Assembly: GCA_951406725.2 (NCBI GenBank) | Contig: OX597820.1 | Location: forward strand, 76,508,001 to 76,572,000 | Direction of reading: 5' to 3' | DNA length: 64,000 nt | DNA from: Octopus vulgaris | Lineage: Eukaryota | In this document: positions 1 to 12,801 of the stretch, in pieces | Numbering within the stretch: the stretch's first letter is position 1 | How the letters are laid out: each line of letters opens with the position of its first letter | Position numbers and translations under genes: made by a program | Notes under the pieces: generated by a model | What the model saw: only the letters and a program-made list of their open reading frames with translations | Told to the model about the DNA's origin: nothing | The model's database searches: none

Positions 1-159
1 GATTCTGTTGTACAAAGAATAGACCATATATATATGGTCTATTATATCCTATAATTTTAAATCATGAATATATTCTGAAAGCGATGTTGCACGAGGGCGT
101 CTAGAGTTGGAGAGTTTTTATATAAGGAGACTCATTTCTTGAGTGAGCAGCATTTTTCT

Positions 160-560
160 TTCACCTTTTACTTATTTCAGTCACTAGAGTGCGGCCATGC
201 TGGGGCACCACATTAAAGAATGTTGTATCCGATTGAAACAACCTCAGTACTTTTCTTTTTGAGGCGGTACATATTTTATCAGTTTCTTTAGCAAAACGCT
301 AAGTTACAGGGACGCAAACACGCCAACACCAAATGTTAAGCAGTAGGGGAGGGCAAACACAAAGACATACACATTGATATACTATACTATACATACATGC
401 ATACACATATACCCCCCCACACACACACACGCATAGGCATCTTTCACTTTACTTCCCTAAGGATTTGGTCGGTAGACACTTGTTCAAAGTGCAATGCTAT
501 GTGACTGAACTGGAAACCATGTGATTGGGATGCAAACGTCTTAGCCACGCCGGCACCTAT
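160..560 (-). mobile_element. SINE family A (tRNA-like head, CORE-like ccttgggcaagtgtc segment, internal TA/CA microsatellite, conserved tail), degenerate copy
   Basis: Similarity by eye to the better copies at 46952-47435 and 38903-39290 (ccatgctggggcacc...aagttacagggacg...). Confidence 0.75.
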
Positions 561-678
561 AAATTGTATAGATTTACAGATTATTTGAAACTCTTCTCTA
601 AAAGATGAAGCGTACATCGTTTCTGCTCTCAAAGTACTGTGGAAAAATGAACGAGTTTTTGTACTTCCTAATTATATC

Positions 679-910
679 TTATTCAACAGCTCACATCTGT
701 ACAATACTCAGTCCATTGCTATTTCAATAATTAAAAGAATAATGTAATTTTAGGAAGCTAAATGATACCAGGCATTTTTTTTTCTTGAGCTGTCTGTTTT
801 CCATTATGTATGACATCTTTCAGCTGCCAGAAATTACCATAACTTTTTAATTATTGAAATAGTAATAATAATGGACTAAAAGTTTTCACAATTGTGAGCT
901 GTTGAAATAA
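679..910. mobile_element. Fold-back/MITE-like element with ~90-bp imperfect terminal inverted repeats
   Basis: Left arm ttattcaacagctcaca...agtccatt...ctatttcaataattaaaag. The reverse complement of the right arm reads ttatttcaacagctcaca...agtccatt...ctatttcaataattaaaaag. Confidence 0.75.
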
Positions 911-1469
911 TCTTTCTAAAAGGAGTGGATGTTCGAACATCAGTTTTAATTTGATCAAATTAAGGGTGTCATTGTTTGAGATTTATTAAATTTAAGTCAT
1001 TTCAACTTTCAAGAACTTTGCGAAGGCCTCCTTTAGAACAAAAGATGACAGTTAATGACAACTATACGACTTCTTGTGTAGTGTCTAATATCTCTGTAAC
1101 AACGTAAATAACGTCCACACATTTCCTCATAGATTTTCAATTCTCTGAACAATTCCACAAAATTCTAATAGTTTTCTATTTGTTAATTGTCATATTTTGT
1201 TAATTGTCATATGTTGTTTATTATTATATTAAAAAAGAATGAATCTTTAACCACCGAGCATACGATCCTTGGCTAACTTCCAGTAAAAAGTGAAAACGAT
1301 GGTGAAATTAGCGAAAGAAGTTCAATAAATTTAGCGAACGGTATTTACAGAACCGAGATCCGCCTTGCAGTGTGGCTTATTTTTTGTAAACCCTTTCTAG
1401 TATTTGTCTATATCCTTTTAGGGCATCATCAGGTTTTACTTATGTTGATTTCAAATTTCAACATATAGC

Positions 1470-1735
1470 TAGCAATTTCGGGGCGGGACTTAGTCAATTT
1501 TGTTGACCCCTATGTTCAACTGGTACTTATTTTATCGACACGGAAAGGATGAAGGGCAAAGTCGACCTACAATTCCGGGGAGGAGGTAAGTCGATTACAT
1601 TGACCCCAGTAGACAACTGGTAAAAGGTAAAATTGACTTCGACGGAGTTTTAACTCTGAACGTAAGGACGGACGAAATGCAGCTAAACATTCTGCTCGGC
1701 GTGCTAACGACTCTGCCAACGCGACGCCTTCAGGA
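1470..1735 (-). mobile_element. SINE family B (Nin/Deu-like domain), degenerate partial tandem copies
   Basis: Reverse complement of ggcg..gagttggcaga.tcgttagcacgccg...gtcgactttgcc.ttcatcctttc..gtcgataaa.taagtaccag. Confidence 0.75.
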
Positions 1736-1899
1736 TTTAACTATAATACCTGTATTGATATTACTCAAATTAGAATATTACTTGTAAAATTTAATCTTCA
1801 GTACGCAAAAGCAAATAACAAAGATCAACCGCCCCCCCCAAAAAAACAAAACAAAAAAGAAACAACAAACAAACAAACACGCAAGTAATATATAAACAT

Positions 1900-3180
1900 A
1901 ACATGCTAAAACCTGAAGGAGCCATCATCGAAGAAAGCCGAAGATTTTGACAAGAGTTAAGTAAATAGATGAGTTAGACAAGCAGAATTCCGCACAGTCT
2001 CAATAGCAATAGATGTAGAAGAATTTGGAAGAGGGGTATAAATACTGCGTGAATTACTAGGAAGCAAAATATCTCATATCACGAAATGGAGCACCTGAAC
2101 AACTCTTGAAGAAAATTACAATACCAAAAGTAATAAATAGAAAAAAAAAAGATAAAAGAAAGCTAATTCTAAATCAGGAAAAGAACAGGAAATCAGGAAG
2201 TGGTTTGTTTGAAAACATCTGGTTGAGATCTTTTTCGGGTAATTCTAGTTAACAATGCCTAAATGATTTAAAAGTGGGAAGCCATGTTATAAACAAAGAT
2301 GACAGAAAACGTTAACCCTAGAATTTACAACCACATAAACTCTCTGCTTACATATTACTATGCATCTAACTTCAGCGATTTCGCAGAACCTAAATGCTGA
2401 TCGGGTAAAGAAAACCCACATTAGCCGACAAAAACTGGATTGTCTAAACCCTGTTCTGTTTGCAAAGAGCGATTACTGACCAAGGAAATTATAACCAAAA
2501 CTTGACGTAGAAAGCGAAAAACTTTGAGGATACCTTGACTTAATTGTCAATGTTATTTCGATAGAGTTTGTTGTCTAAAGTTGCTTGAAACAGTTGCAAC
2601 GAACGCAGGAGAACCATTGGAGAGCAAATATATCAAGCGCTCTTTATATGCAACAGATTCGTTATTAGGTTAAATTAGCCGTCTGCATATCATATTTAAT
2701 GTAAACAGAACACAAGAATCAAGTCATACAAACCGAAGTATTCTTCCGGAGATAATATCTCTTATGGACGACCAGTTATAAGTAATACAAAGCATATCAC
2801 ATCAATAACATACGAAAATCCTCCAGCAGCGGTGGTGGGAATGCCAGGTCCACATTTCAGTCTTTTGAGGCATCGTCAGCAGAGAGCACCAGGTAGTAAT
2901 CGAAATTTCAAGAATAAATCCGTTATTACCAATATCGGGAAACAATGATTGAATAACTCGAGGATAATACAGTTCTATATTTAAGAGATGAGGAATTATG
3001 TACATTATGTACATTATGTACATTATTTACATTAGTTATATTTGACGGATATTTGTCCTCATCTTGTTTGTTGAAAACACAACATTTCGGTTGATATACC
3101 CTCCAGCTTTCATCAGGTGTCTTGGAGAAATTTCGAACCTGGGTTCTCATTCCTAAGGTATTTTTCGATGTTGTTATTGT

Positions 3181-3252
<72 letters not shown>

Positions 3253-3263
3253 CATCATCATCA

Positions 3264-3304
<41 letters not shown>

Positions 3305-4310
3305 GTTGTTGTTGTTGTTGTTGTTGCTGTTGGTTGTTGGTGGTGGTGGTGTTATTGTTGTTGTTGAGATTACTGCTTTGAATCGAACTCAGAATCTTGG
3401 GGTTAGTAGCCCGCGTTCTTAACCACTGCGCCATATGCCCGTGGGCATAATGTAAATAACTCAAGGTTGTTGCAAATAAAAATGCTGTAGTTAATTTGGC
3501 ATCAAGTGTGAGACAAATATTGCTAAAATGCCAAGTATGTCATGCGTCAGAGGCAAACAGAAACAGACAAAAGAGAGAATGATAAAAATTAGATGTATCC
3601 CAATAGCGGGAGGAATCTTCTAAAGAAACTCTTTCTTTCCGTTCCACTTGTGCTTTGCGTCGAACTCCGATATTAATGCTATAGGAGGTTCATGTAAAAT
3701 CTGAGGAATATGTAAACTGCAGATTAAAAGCAACTGAATATATTGTTAAATAGAGTATATAGGGTACACGGATTCAACAATGAAATAGACATAAAATTTG
3801 GGTTGGAATAATGTGCAAGATCTACTTTCAAGAGAAAATTAATAACAGTTGTTAATACCCCGTTAGATATGGAAACAGCTGAAGAGTATTCGACAAAGCA
3901 TAGACATAAAAGCAATTAGAAATTTATGTACAGAAGCAGAAGAAAAGATAAAATGGTAAGAAAAATTTAGCGATATTAATGACACATTACTTAAAACGAA
4001 GGCAATAAACACTTATATTCCAGCTGTTCTTGTAATAAGTTAATAATATCGTTATAATATACTGAACTAGAAGGGAAGTTAAATGAATATGACTAGACAG
4101 GAAGGCAAGACAAATGACTGCATTTAGACAACGACATACCCAAACCGTTGACTGATAAAAGGAAAGTTATAAAATTCGCTGCGTAGTATGCAGAAAATGA
4201 AACTAGAACTATATATCAGAATTTCGGAAAACCAACAAATATAAAGAAAAGTTATTGAGATAATAAAGAACATTCTAAGACAGAATATTTTAGAACGATG
4301 GTTACGCAAC
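1900..4310 (+). pseudogene. Heavily decayed R4/Dong-like non-LTR retrotransposon RT region, interrupted at 2969-3447
   Basis: Broken-frame remnants in RT order: RKSGSGLFENIWLR (~WKSPGPD.I.NFWLK), IPIAGGIF*RNSFFP (~RGIFQGDSLSP), FNNEIDIKFGLE*CARSTFKR (~FS.DI.MKFGLDKCA), KAINTY, LDRKARQM. Boundaries approximate. Confidence 0.6.
2969..3447 (-). mobile_element. tRNA-headed, microsatellite-containing element with hammerhead-ribozyme tail (HHR-SINE copy 1)
   Basis: Head 3366-3447 with A-box TGGCGCAGTGG and B-box GAGTTCGATTC; trinucleotide run 3170-3365; tail 2969-3170 with degenerate HHR at 3077-3120 (ACAC-CTGATGA...GAAATGTT-GTGT). Confidence 0.8.
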
Positions 4311-4324
4311 ACAGCTTTTAACGT

Positions 4325-5298
4325 TTCTCTTTTATTCGTTTCAGTTATTAGTCTGTGGCCAAGCTGGGGGCACTCTTTGAAAAATGTTTAGTCGAAAGAA
4401 TGAACTGCAGTTCATTTTCCTTTTTTAAAACATGGTATTTATTCTATTAATTGCTTTTGTCAAGCCGCTACGTTACGGGCATTGTTGTCAAGTGGTTCTG
4501 GAGGACACATGCACAAACACACGCACACACACATGTATGCATATCGGGCTTCTTTCAGTTTTCGTTTACCAAATTCACTGACAAGACTTTGGTCGGCCCG
4601 AGGCTATAGTTGAAGACATTTGCCCAAGCTGCCATTCAGTGGGACTGAACGCGTAATCATGTGGTTTGCAAGCAAATTCTTACCACACAGCCACAAACGT
4701 CTACAGAAATAAATCCAATGAAAAACAGGTCTTGAAAATGCATTTTTGTCAAATAAACTGCATGCTCAATATGTTACAAGACAGGGTAAAAAAGGTGGAG
4801 TCTAAAACTAGAATTGGTTTTGATGTAAGGCACAATGAGAAGACCAATAAAGACCAATTCTTTTATTCTTTTATTCTTTTACTTGTGACAGTCATTTGAC
4901 TGCAGCCATGCTGGAGCACCGACGTAAAGGGTTTTACTCGGAGAAATCGACTCCAGGGATGTATTCTTTTGTAAGCCTATCGGTCATTTACGAACCTCTA
5001 AGTTACAGGACGTAAACACACCAACATCGATTGTCAAGTGATGGCGAGAGGACAAACATAGACACAAAGACACACACACACACACACACACATAAATACA
5101 CACGCGCGCGCACACGCACATACACGCACATATATACGACGGGTTTCTTTCAGTTTCTGTCTATCAAATCCACTCACAAGGGCTTGGTTGGCCGGAGGCT
5201 ATAGCAGAAGACACTTGCCGAAGGTGCCACACAGTGGTACTGAACCCGGAACCATGTGGTTGGGAAGCAAGCTTCTTATCACAGAGCCACACTTGCAC
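4325..5298 (-). mobile_element. Two SINE family A copies (~4325-4695, ~4860-5298)
   Basis: Both carry head, CA microsatellite and tail motifs such as ctatag.agaagacacttgcc and ccatgctggagcacc. Confidence 0.85.
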
Positions 5299-5459
5299 CA
5301 ACGGAGATTATCCAATCACCAATGGAGATTTTATTTTTATCGTGGCACATAATATTTAGATAAATCAAATTATTGTTCCTCTAACGATGAAATGCTCAGT
5401 GAACTTTAACCTTGTTCGTCTCGCACATTTTTCTATTAAAAGGAAATGAATTTTGAAGA

Positions 5460-5816
5460 ACAAGAGCACTCAGAGAGCGCAAACGTCCGCCAAGGCAACA
5501 CCAACATCCTCTCAACGATTAGCCAGAGATGATTTTTAAAATGAAAATATCTGAAATAAACTTGACTGCTCTCACAAACGAGAATACTATGAATGAACTC
5601 AAAAATTAAGTGTAAAAACTGGAAAAATAATCCAGAATCCTTGCTCGGTACCGGATCGACCCAAAAATCTAATTAGTTTGTGCCAGTCACGAAGCCAAAC
5701 AACTCTGAAAGTTTCACCCGAATCCATCCAGCGGTTCTTGAGATATCTTGTCCACGGACAAACAAACAAACACGATGGTAAACAATACCTCCGCCTTAGC
5801 GAAGGCAGAGGTAGTA
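5460..5816 (-). mobile_element. Helentron-associated non-autonomous element (DINE-1/HINE-like)
   Basis: On the minus strand: 5' inverted sub-terminal repeat acct(c/t)cgcc...ggcggaggt, then a (GTTT)n/GTCC microsatellite, then a 3' subTIR ttggcgga.gtttgcg and a short hairpin-like end ctctctgagtgctcttg. Confidence 0.7.
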
Positions 5817-5869
5817 ATCCGAATAATACAATCCAGCATATATACATGAATTCCATTTTTTACATAGGT

Positions 5870-6062
5870 TCCAAATTTTAGAAGAAGGCCACCAAGATGC
5901 GGGTGTGTGGGTAAGTCGATTACAACGACCTCAGTTTTCAGCTGGTACTTACTTTATCGACTCCGGAAGGATGAAAGGCAATGTCAACTTTCGGTAAAGA
6001 CGGACGAAATGCTACATTGCATTTTGTCCGGCATGCTAATGATTCTTGAAGTTTACTGCCTT
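5870..6062 (-). mobile_element. SINE family B, degenerate
   Basis: ctggtacttactttatcgactccggaaggatgaaaggc is the reverse of the Nin-like core. Confidence 0.7.
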
Positions 6063-6367
6063 AATTCTGTTTTTAATACTGATTGAAATTATGAAAGTTA
6101 TTTAGAAAAAAAAAGGGACAAGAATTGTATATTGATGCCGTTGTATAGAATTAAAAGTAGGAAATTATTCAGGTCCAGAAAGAAGCGACGCAATATCAAG
6201 TATTACGGACATTCTATCATGCTTTTATAGAAAACGTACATTTTGTTAGGCCAACATACCAAGTTCTATTTACAAACTCGTACACACACATTTTCAGGAG
6301 CGGAGAGTGAGTGAGTGAGTGAGTGAGTGAGTGAGTGAGTGAGTGAGAAAGAGAGAGAGAGAGGAAT

Positions 6368-6398
<31 letters not shown>

Positions 6399-8342
6399 GA
6401 TAAACAGACAGACAAACAGGCAAAAGGAGAGTGAGTGGCCAGTTCTTTTTGGAAGCTTTGCAAAAGCATCAGCTGCAACGAAGTCGATTATATTTTCTCG
6501 TGTCACAAATAAGAGAAATGTTTAGAATATGAAACTGAAAATTTAAGTTGAAGATCTAACAACAATAACAGCAGCAGCAGCAACAACAACAACTGCAAAA
6601 GCAACAACTACTATTACTGCTATTAGTCCCACAACTTCTTTTATATGTATATACAAATATATACATATTTACGGATGTGTATATGTATGTATATACGTAT
6701 GTATGCATAATAAATATAGTAACAAATAGGCGTAATAAAAATCAACTCAGACATAGAAACCATAAAGCTAACACCTAGATGATGTTTTCTCCGAATTTCA
6801 GCAATTTCAAATATGGAAATCGACTAAAAATATTCCTCAACTATCGAAGAACTCCGACAGAGAGCTGGGGAAATATCCATAAGCATGAATGTGTATTTGT
6901 TAATCACCAATAGCTATGGCAGATATAACATTAAAATGTTCAACTTGTTCTACCTTAGAAAACATTTTGAAGCTCATACATAAATATAAATATAACAAAG
7001 AAATTCGTTCTTGTTATGTTTCTATCACTCTTAATCCAGTATAGTTTTCACTAATCATATACATAAGTGTTTCACTAAAACTTACAATGTGTCAATCTGT
7101 ATATGAAACTATTTGTTTACATACGCGTGTTGAAGCACGCGTATGTACACATAAGCAAATAGTATCTGTTTCTATATGAAGATATCTTTTCACCACACAT
7201 TTATGGTTTTTCGTTATTCAATATAAAGCAAAAACAAAAACATTAACCATAGACACACATACACATCAAGTAGACGCATACGTAAATGCATAAATTAAAA
7301 CGTTCACGCCTGTGATTCCTCATATACATGTATATACATCAAAGGCTCTACATGTTTTAACCAAGCGTTTCTAGATATGATAATCATCGATGTTTGGAAA
7401 TCGAAAATACTAACTTAATAGTTTCCTAGTAACTATCAAAGAAAATACTAAAACTTTAGACTTGGCTACGTATCAAAAATGCTCTTTCGGTAGCTTGTTT
7501 TTGAAATGATCACACATGCTCTATGATTATTAAATTATTTAAAAAATTCATTAATATTTTTGCAAGCCAACTTCACAGCAAAGTAAGGAAAAATATGTCG
7601 CTAATGTTATTTTCTCATATCTCACGTAAATATAATACGCCATATCTAAGGAATTTGGTAGCATCTCTCCTAAAAAGGAAAAAAAAAAAAAAAAAAAAAG
7701 GCGCCGCAACCGATTTATAATTTAATTAATAATTCCTCCTAACTCCAAGCCACATTACGAAGTTTTTTTCCTTCGTAATATATTTTATATCTAATGGTTT
7801 TTTGAAAATGAGTAATTCAAGATCAAACATTCTATGTATACTTATAAAATACTTTCCAGACACTTTTTTCTTTAAATTTCATATAAATCTGTTTTCATTC
7901 TTTTCTCTCCTAGGATCATCGGCGTTTAAGTAATGTTGCCCTTGCGAGTTGTAATATATTTCTTGAATTTCAAAAACTTTTGTTTGCTATAAAACCACGT
8001 ATTCGACTAGCAAGTGTATCAACACATACTGTTTCCACCTTGGTGAAGGCGTGGCTGTGTGATAAAGAGCTTGCATCCCAACCACATTATTTCGAGTTCA
8101 ATCCCACTGCGCAACACCTTTGTCAAGTGTTATTTACTGTTAATGCAGGAGCCAGTCCTGATTTGATTAGACTTGAAGCTCCAAAATACTAGCAGGGCAC
8201 AATACGTGTACAAATGGTCCTAATACCATGAAACGTGATTCTTAAGTAGGCTTAGGTATGGATTAATTGATTATGAGATAATCAAATTGCGTAAATAACT
8301 AATTTGATTAGACTTTAGTCTCCAGTAATGAATTACATTGAC

Positions 8343-8760
8343 TTTTACTCCTGAGACAAAAGGTCTGATGGCCATAGGGCTGATTGCGGGCCGCGATTGA
8401 TAGACAGTCACCCCAATACCTCTCAAACCGACGTCTGATCGCCATAGGGCTGAATGTGGGTCGGGATTGATAGACAGTAACTCCAATGGCGCTCAGACAG
8501 AGGTCTGATCGCCATAGCGGTGACTGTCTATCAATCCCGGGGAGTTATAGACAGTCACCCCAAAGACGCTCAGACCAAGTTTTGACTGTCATAGGGCTGA
8601 CTGTGCCCAGAGATCTGACTGTCATAGCGGTGACTGTGGCCGGGGAGTGATAGACAGTCACCCAATGGCGCTGAGACCGAGGTCTGACTGCCATAGGGCT
8701 GACTGTGCCCCGAGATCTGACCGTCGTAAGGGTGACTGTGGCCGGGGAGTGATAGACATT
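8343..8760. repeat. GC-rich minisatellite with 70-102-bp units and self-complementary sub-motifs
   Basis: atagacagtcac.cc recurs at ~8400, 8470, 8548, 8650 and 8752; the sub-unit tctga..gccatagggctga.tgtg is repeated. Confidence 0.85.
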
Positions 8761-8860
8761 CACTCCAATGTATATTTGGCACCAACGGATTTCCACCTCT
8801 TTCGAACTCTTTCAAATGCTATGCGCAGAGTTTCGTTTACTGTTGATGCAGAATTGAGAG
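8758..8860 (+). mobile_element. mariner transposase C-terminal fragment
   Basis: HSNVYLAPTDFHLFRTLSNAM resembles HPPYSPDLAPSDYHLFRSL.N. Confidence 0.7.
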
Positions 8861-9345
8861 GTGGGTGTTCCACACGGATTTTATATAGTAGGTTGGTAGA
8901 GTCTGAATGCGACTATGGCATAGGGGCGACTCTAGGTCACGAATTTATTCAACTAGACAGCCTGTTTCTCCGTACATTCTGGTTGAGAACGTTGCCGACC
9001 TGTCCAAGATGCGAGGAAGACAGAGAAACTGTCCCTCACGCTATTGTTCAGTGTCCGCAGATATCTAGAATGTGGACTTATGCAGAACATCTGTTATCCG
9101 GCGAAGGCAGAGTACAACTGTTGACTGAGTCAATTATAAAAATTGACCCACCAAGAGTTTTAACAAACGAAGGTAAGAATTGTTTTCCCATGGTTGTGGC
9201 AATAGCGAAAGAGGCAATATGGAAGACAAGGATGAAAGGGATTAAGACAGGCAACTTTATCTCTGGCCACAATTTACGATCATTTTTTTACTTGTCATTT
9301 GAAAAGTAAAATGTGGCTGGAGAAGATTTGTCTGTTCCAAAAGTG
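8860..9345 (+). mobile_element. L1/Tx1-like LINE ORF2 C-terminal fragment (zinc-binding domain)
   Basis: TCPRCEEDRETVPHAIVQCPQISRMW fits the CxxC-x8-H-x4-C zf-RVT pattern, followed by AKEAIWKTR. Confidence 0.75.
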
Positions 9346-9346
9346 A

Positions 9347-9402
<56 letters not shown>

Positions 9403-9813
9403 ATGTACATGGGATTGAATCCAATCCGTCTTCTCTTGAAGCATATCTGCTTATTTCAGTATTCCAAATCCGTATGTAGGTGTTATGTTTGCGCGGGGTA
9501 TGTATAAGCGTTGAAAATATTGGAAGATATTTTCTGCGAAACAATAATATCAAAACAAGAGATAAGAACGCTTTTTAATATTATCTATTCACCATTACCC
9601 GTGTTTCTTTTGCAAGTAGGAGTTACAAAATTTTACATGTTGTAGAAAGCATGTAAGATGTCTTTTATTAGAAATTCTTCTGATAGAAGATCAACTAATA
9701 CAAGAATTTGCTTGTTCCCCCCCTACCTCTAGCTATCTGATGCACTCCTGATTACCAACGATATATAAACATTTCATCCAAATGAACATTTTATGTTATT
9801 TGATTCCGTGTCT

Positions 9814-9862
<49 letters not shown>

Positions 9863-9865
<3 letters not shown>

Positions 9866-10310
9866 TGCCACACGCTAGGAGGGACTTTCAAAGTCATTAC
9901 TACCAAAAATAAACGAATCGTACCGAATACAGCTCTCGAAGCAAGACATTTAGAAACAGAATTTAGTTCCAGATCACCTGTGATTTCGCAATTAACGTAT
10001 TATCTACGTCTTTTGTTCATCAGTGAAACATATTCAGAACACATCAAAAGTAAACAAAACCAACATACCTAGCGGAACCGAACAGACAACTGTCGCCTCC
10101 ATCGTAGCACGTGGAGATGTTTATTCATCATATATTCATGAAAATGGCGGGCTTTTTCGAACTGCATTTCGGTAAGAAACGTGTTTCTTCGGAAAAAATT
10201 TAACAATTAAGGATAAAATCTTAATAAGAAATCTTAACAAGAACTTATCAGGTAGTCAGCGTGAAAAACCTCATAAGAGAAAAAATCTGAAAATTTTTTC
10301 ACTTGAAAAT
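9863..10310 (-). mobile_element. Penelope-like terminal (pLTR) fragment containing a hammerhead motif at 9966-10029
   Basis: Starts with gcc.cacgctaggagggact, also present at ~54310 next to the Penelope RT remnant; HHR core on the minus strand; begins at a (TA)n run. Confidence 0.65.
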
Positions 10311-10369
10311 ATTTGTTTATATTGTATAGAGTGAATCTGATTGACGGAACCTGTGAGCGAGCCTGTCAT

Positions 10370-10429
<60 letters not shown>

Positions 10430-10966
10430 ATATATACATATATATATGTGTGTGTGTGCTTGTGTCTGAGCTTTTCAACTCAAATATTTGACCTCTGGAC
10501 GTTGACCTAAATTCTTTCTTACAATATATAAACGTAAGTTAAAATAGAAACAACAATAATAAATAAATAACCTTCTATTCTAGTGTTACTCTTAACTTTC
10601 TTACTGTATCTTCCTCTACTGATGGCCTTTGACCCCTTTAATGTTTTCCTTTGATCTCTATGTATTCTTTATCCTACCATTAACTCTGGGAGTGTCTCAG
10701 TTCATAGCTGGTGGTGGTCAAACTCTTATAAATCTAAGATTCCTTCAACACTGACCTTCAATACTTGCAGCTTTAAATAAAATTGTTCTTGGTATGAAAC
10801 AATTGTACTAAACTACTAATCCATTCTTGCTGCTTATTTCTTGGTTATAATCACCCCACATTATTTTATGGTTAATACCATAAACAATTCTGGTGCATCT
10901 AAGTTAAGTACCATATTAATTTGAATTCATTGGAATTCACTTGAATCTTAATTGTTTTTGCTGAAA

Positions 10967-11014
<48 letters not shown>

Positions 11015-11029
11015 CTATGTATATATTAT

Positions 11030-11228
11030 AGTCTTTTATTTGTTTCAGTCATTTGACTGTGACCATGCTGGAGCACCACCTTCAGTCGAGTAAATTGACC
11101 CTAGGACTTATTCTTTGTTAGCCCAGTACTTATTCTATCTGTTCCTTTTGCCGAATCGCTAAGTTACGGGGACGTAAACACACCAGCATCGGCAGTCAAG
11201 CGATGTTGGGAGAAAAAGACAGGGACAA

Positions 11229-11269
<41 letters not shown>

Positions 11270-11275
11270 CGTATA

Positions 11276-11313
<38 letters not shown>

Positions 11314-11875
11314 ACAGGTTTCTTTCATTTTCCGTCTACCAAACCCACTCACAAGGCTTTGGTCGGCCCGAGGCTATAGTAGAAGACACTTGGCTAAGGT
11401 GCCACGGAACCATATGGTTGGTAAGCAAGCTACTTACCACACAGCCAATTCGAATTCAGTTCCGTATCCTAAATATTTTTCACCCCTTCAATTGATCTTT
11501 TACTTGTTTCAGTCATTAGACTTCGGCCATGCTGGGGCACTGCATCGAAGAGTTTTAGTCGAAAGAATAATATATATTTTAAAGCCTAGTACTTATTCTA
11601 TCACTCTTCTTTTGCCGAGCCGCAAATTTACGGGGACCATAAACACCACCACCAATGGTTAGGTACAAACATGGACACACACACACACACATACACACAC
11701 ATGTATATATATATATATACGACGGGCATCTTCCAGTTTCCATCTACCAAATCAAGCATCAAGGCTTTGGTTGATCCGAGGCTACAGATGTAGACAGCTG
11801 CCCAAGTTGCCGCGCACTGGAAATGAACCCGGAACCATGCAGTAGGGACACATACTCCTTACCACACAGCGCCTA
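11030..11875 (-). mobile_element. Two SINE family A copies (~11030-11450, ~11497-11875)
   Basis: Tail, microsatellite and head motifs of family A. Confidence 0.85.
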
Positions 11876-12801
11876 TCGTAAATGATTCTGACTTTTCGAA
11901 TTTCGAAGCAAAGACATAAGCTGTTATAACTATACATATGTTAACGGTGAATAGAATTCTTTGTACGAAATCCATGTACTATTTTTTAAATCATCACGCA
12001 ATATATTTATGACTGTGATCAACACTTTGTCATTTAGTACAATAATCCGCTAATCACTCGATGTGATGAGATACTGCGATTGTCATTCACTAAGAAGTGC
12101 GAGTTGATTGTTAGAAACTCTCAGTAATTTTTATCTTCAATATCTCATCGATATTATACTTTTGAAAATCCAAAAGCATTTTCGCTACATGGTGTAAAAG
12201 AGTTTTAAGGAATGAAACCTAATTAACAGTCATTACTGCCTGAAATTATTCAGATCGAATTGTTGCAACGACTATTCGCTGTTATGACGGTTTCAGTAAT
12301 ATTACCTGATGGACTCTTAAGAAATCTTCAATACCTTGTAGACCTTTATGAAATTTATATCACATATTCCGTTCTACAAATAAGAGTGATAAAAGTGAAA
12401 CTCAAGGTCTTGATTTGTTATTTAAAAGAAATTTTCTGTTATGTTATCGATTTTGCTCCATTGGTATTTTTTAAAGAAATATAGCACTCGAACACACAGG
12501 CGTCGTGACAAGCAAACGGCATTTTAAAGTACGTAACATCGATCGTTGTTGAATGATATGGAAGTTATTAAATGATGAGGATTTTAAAATTAGAAAATAT
12601 GAACTCAATAACAGGGCTGTGAAAATGAAAACAAAATTTGTTCTTACATTGCTTAAGGTGTGAGAAGGGTAAAATTTGGAATGAAAACGTTGGAGTTTAA
12701 AATGACCGATGTACACTGCTAAATGAATAATAGAGATTGATTTATTTGGGTTTCGTCATATACTGAAACCTCATTAGAATAAAAAGAACATTTGTACTTA
12801 C

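Noticed and set aside
8343-8760. CRISPR-like repeat/spacer appearance
   Set aside because: The 'spacers' are themselves repeated and variable in length, the context is eukaryotic, and there are no cas genes.
1-12801. Expected SLC6 TM12/terminal exons
   Set aside because: I scanned by eye for a Y.YP.W...GW pattern and found none; they probably lie beyond the window, though I may have missed a divergent exon.
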